Assembly: GCA_964016885.1 (NCBI GenBank)
Contig: OZ024743.1
Coordinates: 34,782,001-34,846,000, forward strand
Direction of reading: 5' to 3'
Source: Eledone cirrhosa
Lineage: Eukaryota
Length of the DNA stretch: 64,000 bases
The notes under the pieces are model-generated. The model did no database searches, was not told the DNA's origin, and was given only the letters and a program-made list of their open reading frames with translations. Every line of letters begins with the position of its first letter. Positions within the stretch are counted from its first letter, which is position 1. Shown here piece after piece: positions 54,388 to 64,000 of the stretch. Both the position numbers and the translations under genes were made by a program.

Positions 54388-54504
54388 ATCTGAGTTCAAA
54401 TCCCGCCGAGGTTGACTTTGCCTTTCATCCTTACGGGGTCGATAAAATAAAGTACCAGTAATGCACTGGGTAATTGCTGGCCTTGTGCCTAAAGTAGAAA
54501 CAAT

Positions 54505-54505
<1 letters not shown>
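54388..54505 (+). mobile_element. SINE family A (5'-truncated)
   Basis: B-box, core and tail. Confidence 0.85.
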
Positions 54506-54552
<47 letters not shown>

Positions 54553-54560
54553 TGCACTTC

Positions 54561-54592
<32 letters not shown>

Positions 54593-54601
54593 ATTACAGC
54601 G

Positions 54602-54641
<40 letters not shown>

Positions 54642-55934
54642 CTAGCAGTAAAGCCCGGCGTTGCTCGGGATCGCTCAGTAGCTGTGTTAAAGTTACAATG
54701 TTAAGTTTCTTTTTTGGCTTAAAAACTGTAGTGTCTACTGTGCAGACTTGCATGTGGTGTTTTTGATTAATATTCCCTCAACCAACAATATGCCTTATGA
54801 AGTTAAGAAAACATAACGATAACCCGAATGTTATAACAAAAGAAGTTGCTGGGGATAAAAACTGCACTGGTTATTTATTAACAAAGATCGAAAATGTAAA
54901 CACTGCAACGCAGAGAAAAACATTAGCGTAACCAAATTATCAGTTACTAGCAGTAAAGCCCGGCGTTGCTCGGGGTCGCTCAGTAGCTGTGTTAAAGTTA
55001 CAATGTTAAGTTTCTTTTTTGGCTTAAAAACTGTAGTGTCTACTGTGCAGACTTGCATGTGGTGTTTTTGATTAATATTCCCTCAACCAACAATATGCCT
55101 TATGAAGTTAAGAAAACATAACGATAACCCGAATGTTATAACAAAAGAGGATGCTGGGGATAGAAACTGCACTGGTTATTTATTAACAAAGATCGAAAAT
55201 GTAAACACTGCAACGCAGAGAAAAACATTAGCGTAACCAAATTATCAGTTATGTCTGTCTGCACGCCTATATCACCTCTCTGCACGACTGTCTGTCTGCA
55301 CGCCTATATCACCTCTCTGCACGGCTGTCTGTCTGCACGCCTATATCACCTCTCTGCACGACTGTCTGTCTGCACGCCTATATCACCTCTCTGCACGACT
55401 GTCTGTCTGCACGCCTATATCACCTCTCTGCACGACTATCTGTCTGCACGCGTATATCACCTCTCTGCACGACTGTCTGTCTGCACGACTGTCTGTCTGC
55501 ACGCCTAACGACGAAATATTTGCTTGTTTTACGTAGTCTTTAAATAGACTTGTTTTCAAGTAAAAATATTGTTTTAAAATGCTTTTAAATGGAAATGAAG
55601 CAAAACGGAAGCTTAGTGTTCGAACTGATGAATTTTGCAGGTCAATATTTTGCTGGCTCGACAACTGTTAAAGCCAGCGTAATTTTTTACGTAAGACGCT
55701 CAATGTAAACAGAACAAAGGGAAATAACTGATAACTTACGCTCAAAAATCGATACATTATATTCGATTTCGTCACATAAGGTGGGTCAATTTGAAATATT
55801 TTTTTTCCGATGTCTTCGCTAGGGCTCAATGTACAAGTATAGCAATTTCGGTGCAATTCCGTGAGAGATTCTAAGAGGAGATGTGTGCCAAAAATCGATA
55901 GACAGACAGACAACCACAGTTTTATATATATAGA
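54642..55934 (-). mobile_element. Non-autonomous Helitron with duplicated 3' end
   Basis: Minus strand A|TCTATATATATAAAA... ends with hairpin CCCGAGCAACGCCGGG and CTAG|T. A 305-bp tandem duplication gives a second terminator at 54947. Confidence 0.85.
55250..55506. repeat. 37-bp minisatellite inside Helitron
   Basis: CTGTCTGTCTGCACGCCTATATCACCTCTCTGCACGA, ~6-7 copies. Confidence 0.9.
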
Positions 55935-56009
55935 TTGGTGCGGGATGCTTAAAGTGTCCGTATGCGGTAGGCCGTTTGAGCACTCGATACTCTTACAGAG
56001 CAGAGTATA

Positions 56010-56252
56010 ATATCACATAAGAAACGGAGAGTCAGTGGTAGGATGAATAAGATTTATTAGACATATTACAATCGTTTCTCTAGCGACCAGCTCGAGGTAC
56101 GATCGATGCGATGATCGAAGATTTCAGAGTCAGGTTCGATCATCGCATGGATCATGGATCGTGCCTCGAGCTGGTCGCCAGAGAAACGATTGTAATATGT
56201 CTAATAAATTCTAATTCGTCGCACCACTGATTCTCTGTTTCTTATGTGATAT
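56010..56252. repeat. Imperfect palindrome, ~110-bp arms
   Basis: ATATCACATAAGAAAC...TTAGACATATTACAATCGTTTCTC pairs with GAGAAACGATTGTAATATGTCTAA...GTTTCTTATGTGATAT. Confidence 0.9.
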
Positions 56253-56759
56253 ATATATATATATATTAGAATGATCGAGTATCGAAAAATCGGCGCACGA
56301 GTTCACGATAAACAAAATTCGAAATGAGCGGCAGAGGGCTCAATAATTCAGATGAATCAGAGCTATAACTATCGTTAAAATACCGTCACACATAGAACAA
56401 GTCTAAAATCAACCGTACGATAAAAAAATCGATAATAGAAGATTCGGGACAATCAGATAAAAAATATCAATAAATCAATAAATCAATAATTTAAATGAAT
56501 GTAAAATCATACCCGGACCCACTAGAAAGGTGTTAAATCTAGCTTCTTGGGTTTCTGTAAATCCTTAGACTGTACTCTATCAGCTCACATATAAATATAT
56601 AAGACTTCTAGAGCAAGCGGACTGGATATTTATATATATATATATATATATACACACACCACGCATCTCAACGTACACCCACTTACATATCTCTCTCTCC
56701 ACCACCGGACCTTGTTACCCGGAGATTTACCCATTTGCATTGTCGAGGCTTCCAAACGA

Positions 56760-56815
<56 letters not shown>

Positions 56816-59639
56816 TCCATTAGCAGCCTAAGTGTACGATAAAGAGTTGTATCTGTATGAATACAAGGTGGGTAACCGAGATTGCACCAATATGTATATA
56901 AATGTAGGCATGTAAAACAATTAGTCCGAAAATCGATTAAAGGTGTTTATCATTTGTTCAATGGGATTAGCGGGAGCGGGCGGTTGGACATTTGCTCAAA
57001 TTGTTATAAGCGGGAGGGTGGAATAAATGGGGTGGTTGGGAAATCAGTAATTGTATAGTGAACGTTCGTAAATATAGGATTTCTTGTAATGTTCTTTTTT
57101 TGTCATATATAATGTTTTTTAATATAAAATGAAATTAGTATTAGATTCTCCAGCTGCTATATCAATATGAATCACTTAAAATTTCGCCAGAGATAGATTA
57201 GCAAAATAAGTGGGGGGCGATTATTCAAGACCTGAGAAGACATAAAATCGGTTTAGATATATTCTGTATCATAAGTCTGAAATCATTCATGGTTCTATAA
57301 AGATATCCATTTGAATGGTTGTTGATATCTGTAATAGGTAATCCTTTTTCAGAAGATAGTTTTATTAAGTAAAATTTTATTATACAAAGCATATAAATAA
57401 ATTTACAGTAGAATAACATAACATATATGTTTTAAATATATACATAAATAACATTACAAATACTTAGATAACATTATAAATTGCTCGCGATTCTGTCAGA
57501 AGGATATATTCCTTTAATGTTGCAATATTAAAGAAAATGTAAAGGAAGGGGTGAACAACGGAGCCAGCCACCACCAGAGCAAAAGACAGCAGTGTCGCGA
57601 GGAGTAAAATAGTACTGGCTTATTCTACATAAGCCATCACATGAAAACTCTGATAATTCAATATCAAAGAACGTTTAGGGATTGAGACTCTAGTTTGAGG
57701 CTGTGTACTAAAGTTATTTCTCTTGCCTTCTGTTAGCTTATAATGAAATTTGAACTCAGTACTGCAACGTATCGAAACAATGAAATGTTGATTCTGTACC
57801 TTTTGACGATTAGTTCCTTCGGTTAATATGTATTTACAACTAAGCGGACATATGTCGACACAGAAGAAGGACATGAATCATACAATCTGGAAAGTTGACA
57901 CCCTATAACAATTTAGCTAGTTACGACCTATGGGAGATGTTTTATTTGGCCAAGAATCTCTAACGAACCGCCAACGTTTTCGGCTGGCAAACTTGACTGC
58001 AACACTCCATGCAGCTAATAAAAAAAAATTGCTACACTCCATGCAGTTAATAAACAGAAAGAAAAAACTTTTGACATACGTCTCATACAATTGCTTGAGT
58101 TAGTTTCAAATTACTGCTAAGATAGAAAGAAAGCTTTGGTGTATATGATGAAAGTTCTGCCGATAATTTACCAAAGTAATTGAATCAACAGATGAAATAA
58201 CAGAATATTCTTTCGACACAGCTGGATAGCAAAGAGTTCAACATGACATTTGTTGTTCTTTTGGTGAGTTTTGCAGAAAATTCAATTTGATATATGACAG
58301 GTTTTTAAATGGAACTTTAACGAAGAAAATAAAAAAAACCTTCAACAAATCAAATGTGTATCTAAATATTCAACTAACTTTCAGTATTAACTCACTCACT
58401 TGTACATATGATATCTATCTAACTTTATAAATACATACATGCTAACATACGTATGATATTCCAATATGTGCATGGAAAATTATATTTATATCCAAATAGA
58501 TATACTGATAAACCATAAAGAGGTGCATATGTGTGTGTGTCTCAGGCATGTGCTGTGAGTGAATACTCTGAGTAGGCACAATGTATTAATAAAATTAATT
58601 ACCAACAAAAACAAAGCGCATTATCACTATGACACGATATGTAAAATCATTTATTTACAAATACACACATACTAACACACATGTACATACAATATCATCA
58701 TCATCATCACGTTCGTTCTTCCACGCAAGCATGGGTTAGACGGGTTGTCCTGTTGTGGGCAGTGTCCAGTCGGCTGACCTTGTCTTGCTCATACGGGAAC
58801 TGATTCTGGCTCGATTTCTATAGCTGGATGCCCTTCCTAACACCAACCTCATTTACAGTAAGTGCTGGGTGCTTTTTTGCCGTGGCACCTCCACGACCAC
58901 TTTGCAGTGGGAGGGGGTGAGGGCATATTGTCTATATATATGTGTGTGTGTATATGTATGCATGCCTGCCTTCGTGCACTGCAAGCCAGCATGTTGAGCC
59001 AGTGCTTATCCTGGTTTTATGGTGTGAAGCCACTGAGAGTACAAGACTTCCCCCGCTGGACAGGACACCAGTCCATCGCAGAGTTAAACCCCCAGCTATT
59101 GCTGTGAAATGATTTTTTACAACAAAAGTTTGTCCTGATTGAAGTGAATGCAAGTCCCACAATTAGAGCGACCACATTTTTTAACAGTTGGTGTTGGGTT
59201 TGTGATGGATAATTTGGCACTGGTGAGTAATGTTTTTAGTGATTTAGGTTGTCTTTTGCTTTTGATTATTTTATGTTTCGAGTGTTTTTTTTTCATTCTT
59301 GGGTCTTGTCACCAGCTCATGTAGACAATTACATACATAGTAATGACACTCAATGGCCCAGTTTATACAGCTGTAGGTACTACTACATGTGGGAGGCTGA
59401 ACCAACGTCACATAATGTGACATGGCTAAACTTTTGAATTATAGGTACAATCCATCTGATAGGCCTTTGTACAGTTTCCATCTATCCAATTTCACTTACA
59501 TGATTTGGTTGAACCGAGGATATGGTAAAACACACTTGCCCAAGATGCCACACAGTGAAATTGAACCTGGATTAACATGATTGTAAACTAGTTACCCAAG
59601 TTTACATACATGTGCCCATTACTTTCACTGCATACATAT

Positions 59640-60480
59640 CAAACTGATCTATTCCCTTTTTACTTATTGTGCAAGACCATTTTCCAGATAGCATTGGAAC
59701 TTAAAGCATTCTGTTCATAATTATCACTTTGGTCTTTACTATTTTGACTTATAGTGATGAGGACTTTAGACCATTCTTCCAAGTTTGGATGTTTTTTTGT
59801 ATTTCTTTACCTCTTTGACAGGTTCTACTCTAGGAACCAAGTTATCAGCATATAAAAATGTCCAAAACAACCATTCCTAAACTCTTGTATTATACAGTCA
59901 AAAACTGTAATAAATTGTAGGAATCTGACAACAGAGCTCTGGTAAATGCATATCTTTACACTAAATTCCTCATTGTGATCCATACAAATCTTAATGCTGC
60001 TTACAGCACTTTTGCTCATGGCTTAACCCTTTAGCATTTAAACTGGACGTATCCAGCCAGAATTCTCTCACATCTTGATATTTAAACTGGCTGTAACTGG
60101 CCACTCATACTGACAATGTACCACAAAATTATACCACAAAATTACAATAGTATATATAGAGTAATGTGAATGCTAAAGGGTTAAATAACTCTCATAATAT
60201 AAACTAAAGAGATGCATATTGTTGTACCATGAACAATTGAGACTAATGTTTTAGTTGAGACCCTTCTCCAACATTTTGATTATCACCTAAAATCTTACTC
60301 TCCTACACAGTTTACCTTCATTGAGTAGAAGAAGCCATACCCCACATTTCAACGTGTTTCCAGTCAATATCAATTCCGTACAAGCGAGACACAGTCTCCC
60401 GACCATTCCCACATCAAATGGAACAAAACTGTCCAACCCATGCTAGCGTAGATGGACGTTAAACGATGATGATGATGATG
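59640..60480 (-). mobile_element. Highly decayed RTE-like LINE remnant, interrupted by a piggyBac MITE
   Basis: Minus-strand WTFLYADNLV...IQTWKNGL...KTKV resembles the RT LYADDLV region. Confidence 0.45.
60027..60180. mobile_element. piggyBac-type MITE (same family)
   Basis: TTAA|CCCTTTAGCATTTA ... GAATGCTAAAGGG|TTAA. Confidence 0.85.
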
Positions 60481-60759
60481 ATTTGTTTCAAGTGTCAACG
60501 TTCCTAGATGACTTACATATATTATAAGGAACCTCATCTCACCTAGAAAAATGTGGAGAAAAACTTAACAATCATCATTACCACCACTACCGTCACCATC
60601 ATCATCATCATCATCATATGTCCATTTTCCATGCTGGCATGTGTTGGATGGGTTGTCCCAGTCCATGACTTGACAAGTCTGTGAACCATGTCTTGCTTTT
60701 GCGATCTATTTCTGGCAATATTTCAAAAACTACAAGCCCTGTTTAATGCCAACCACTTT

Positions 60760-60905
60760 AATAATAATAATTGTTTCTACTTTTGGCACAAGGCCAGCAA
60801 TTACCCAATGCATTACTGGTACTTTATTCTATCGACCCCGGAAGGATGAAAGGCAAAGTTAACCTCGGCGGGATTTGAACTCAGATCATACAGGGATGTA
60901 ACTCT
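60760..60905 (-). mobile_element. SINE family A
   Basis: Reverse-complement core and tail. Confidence 0.85.
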
Positions 60906-63900
60906 AATAATAATAATGAAAATATTGTGTACAGTGCTCAGATGCACTACAACTCATCAAAAGTGTATGTATAGTACATAGGGTAATGTACAAACGTCAG
61001 GAAAATGAACAGTGCATGAGTCATGATATACACGTGTGCATGTGTATGGAAGGAGTACATCAGGTGTAGTTTTGGCGAATTTCGGGAAGCATGAGGGCTT
61101 TAAAGGATGCAGTGTCTCGGCAGCTAACAACTGACGCAGGCAGTTTGTTCCGTGCTTCAGCAACTCTAAGAGTGAAAAAATGTTTCCGAAAGTCATGGGA
61201 GCTGTGCTGTTTTCTGACTTTGTAGGCTTGTCCACGTGTTAGACACATGGAGATCAAAAAGTTGCTCATAATTTTGTGGGTGTTTAGCAAGTCAGTTGCC
61301 AGACGTCGGAGTTTCAATGAATCCAAGGCGTTCAGAGTATGGTAGGTGTCTGATGGAGGGTATGCGCTTGGTTGCACGTCTCTGAACAGTTTCCAGGTCA
61401 ATGTTCTGAGCAAGATAGGGGTTCCAGACTGATGATGCGAATTTCAAGTGTGGTCGTACCATAGCTGCATCATCATCATCATCATTTCATTTTACGTCCA
61501 CTTTTCCCTGCTTGCAAGGGTGGGACGGGAACTGATTCTGGCTTGATTTCTACAGCTGGATGCCCTTCCTAACACCAACCTCATTTACAGTGAGTGCTGG
61601 GTGCTTTTTTGCCGTGGCACCTCCACGACCACTTTGCAGTGGAATGATAGGGACCCCGGTCCCCATCATCTCATTTCTACAGCTGAGTAAACTGGAGCAA
61701 TGTGAAATAAAGTGTCTTGCTCAAGGAAACAACACATCACCCGGTCTGAGAATTGAACTCACAACTTCTCGATTGGCAAGGCCAATGCTCTAACCACTAA
61801 GCCAGGTGCCTCCACATACAGCTTTAAATAGATGGCTGGAGAGCGGCTAACAAAGGTCTTGCTGAGTGATGCCAAGACACCCTCAGCCTTCTTGACAATC
61901 TTAGAGACATGCTTTGTCCAATGCAAATCACTGCTGACAGTAATGTCCAGGTCACGTTCACAAGAGGACTTCTTGATATCAGTGTTGTGGAGGGAGTATG
62001 TGAACGCTGGGTTTTTCCTCCCAAAATGCATGGTGGTACACTTGTCCACAGCCAGCTTCAGTTACCAGTCCGTGATCCATTGCTGCATTGTGTCCAGGTC
62101 TGATTGTAGGAAAGAGTTGTAGATTTCAGGATCAGTCCTTTTGATTTCAAGGTACAGCTTGATGTCATCTGCATATTTCAGTACTGTGGCATTCTGTAAG
62201 TTGGCATCTATGTCATTAATATATGCCACAAACAAAAGGGGACCAAGAACAGATCCCTGTGGTACACCAGATGACATCTCATATGGTGAAGAATGCTGTC
62301 CTAGAACCATGACTACCTCTTTTCGGCTGAGAATGAAGGATTTCAACCAGTCGAAAAGATCATCCCTCACACCCATTGCAGAGAGTTTCGCCATAAGTCT
62401 TTTGTGTGGCACAGAATTAAAAGCCTTAGCAAAGTCAAGGTAAACAACATCCACCCATGAGCCGCTGTCAGTGATCCGGGTAATGTCTTCAAGGAACTCG
62501 ATAAGCTGATCACAGCAGCTGGAGTTAGGGATAAATCCAAATTGCGAGGGCCGGATAAGGCTGTGAGAGCTCCAGAAGTTCCAAATTGTTTCTCTGACAC
62601 AGGATTCCATCAGTTTGGCCATACAGCTAGTAAGACTGACTGGACGATAGTTGACAGGTGACATGTGGTTGCTCTTTTTGAACAGGGGAATGACACTGGC
62701 AGTTTCCACTGCTCCGGAGTAGCACCATTGAAAGAAGAAAGAAAGCCGGTGCAAAAGGAAGTACCCGCTACGTTTGAGAAGCATGTATGTAACACCATCA
62801 AGACCAGGGGAGGCATAGTTGCGCTTATTCTTAAGGTGACGTCGCAGCATTGCAGGTATAAATTCCATAGTTGTTATGGAATTTGATGTTAGAGATGGTG
62901 GAGATGGTACATTCTGGTTTTCAACAGTAAAAATACTTGCATAGCACTCAGCAATGAGTTCTGCGCATTCTTTGGGATCGTCATTGATCTGGCTTGTGTG
63001 GGGATTGCGAAGAGGACCAACTGGAGAGTGAGGTCTCTGCTTTGAATGAACATATTTCCAGAACAACTTACTGTCAGGATTGGTTGCTATGCACTGTTCA
63101 AATTCAAGCACTGCCTTTTTTGTCACTTGCTTCAGATGGTTGGAAGATTTATTCCGCTTTTCTCTGTTGGCATCTGATTTATGCAGTTTATATTCCCGTT
63201 CAGCGTTCCGACGTTCTTTCCTGGAAAGTTGGACTGCTGAAGTTTCCCAAATTACACTTTTAGGGTGGTTTTTTCTGCTTACGTGGCACTGATGCTGCAC
63301 ACGCTATCCATATTGAGTCCAGGATGCTCTGGAATATAGTGTTCACATCTCCAGAGTTATAGAACTCATGCCAGTTTGGGCGCTGTAGCTCAGTGCAGTA
63401 CAAGTTCCAATCTACTTTCTTCCAATCAAAGCAAGCAGATTAGACATGGTTCTGGTTTTTGTTGCTGCCCGCAAGAGCCAGATTGGCAATGATCATAGCA
63501 TGATCAGAGTCGCCTAGAGGTTCCTCAGTAGTACAACTGATAACCACTTCAGGAGTAGTGGTGAAGATCAGATCCAAAGTGTTGTCACCTCTTCTTGTGA
63601 CCAGTTTGAGTCCAGCACTAGCTCAAGGAAATCGTTTGCACTTTGTGGCCAACGAAAGGTTTCCCAATCGATCTCAAGATGATTGAAGTCACCTGCAATA
63701 AACACATAAGTGGCTGTTTTCCTGGCAGCAGCTCTGAGGATATTGCAAAGCTGTGTCCTGATGGTAGTTTGGGGGGCGATAAACAACACCAAGCAGAAGT
63801 GTTGACATGGTCATACATATGTCACAGAAAAAAACTTCATCTTGTGATTCGTTCAAATCAACGCAAGTAATTACCGAAAAGTTTGAACGAACGTAGACCA

Positions 63901-64000
63901 TCACACCACCACTACAGCGATTAATGCGGTCCTTGTGGAACAGGTTGTACCCAGTAATGCTGAAAACCCCATCACAGAATAAGGAATGTGCCCATGTTTC
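60906..64000 (-). mobile_element. Decayed CR1/L2-like LINE (APE endonuclease + RT), runs off the window end
   Basis: Endonuclease motifs ETW, AGDFN, SDH. RT motifs NYRPVSLTS, YLDFAKAFN, GVPQGSVLGPLLF, YADD. Frameshifts and stops; SINE inserted at 61471-61814. Confidence 0.92.
61471..61814 (-). mobile_element. SINE family B with (ATG)n-ending tail, inserted in the LINE
   Basis: Same head and core as 30443. The tail is homologous to 58695-58910. The LINE frame KLY|AAMVRPHL resumes across it. Confidence 0.88.

Noticed and set aside
59825-60019. Minus-strand host exon
   Set aside because: Better explained as a decayed LINE RT remnant (LYADNLV in another frame).
62062-63300. Functional reverse transcriptase gene
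   Set aside because: Part of a LINE with frameshifts, stops and a SINE insertion.

Overview
Eukaryotic (animal) genomic DNA: AT-rich, dense in microsatellites and SINEs. The repeat landscape resembles coleoid cephalopod (Octopus-like) genomes; this is an inference. One protein-coding gene can be reconstructed on the + strand from five phase-consistent exons (22148-22332, 24546-24654, 25546-25706, 35403-40166, 41815-42112; 1838 aa, signal-peptide exon not located). It encodes a Delta/Serrate-type N-terminal C2 (MNNL) domain, a truncated DSL start, no EGF repeats, a ~1,550-aa Ser/Thr/Asn-rich mucin-like stalk, one transmembrane helix and a polyproline cytoplasmic tail. The rest is repetitive: large 13-bp, 30-bp and 27/29-bp tandem arrays, two tRNA-derived SINE families, decayed RTE and CR1/L2-like LINEs, Tc1/mariner remnants, piggyBac-type and other MITEs, a non-autonomous Helitron and a very young non-autonomous Gypsy-type LTR element. 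Several minimal hammerhead-ribozyme motifs are also present, some inside long palindromes. Most ORFs in the supplied track are repeat artefacts. Repeat boundaries are approximate unless termini or TSDs are quoted.
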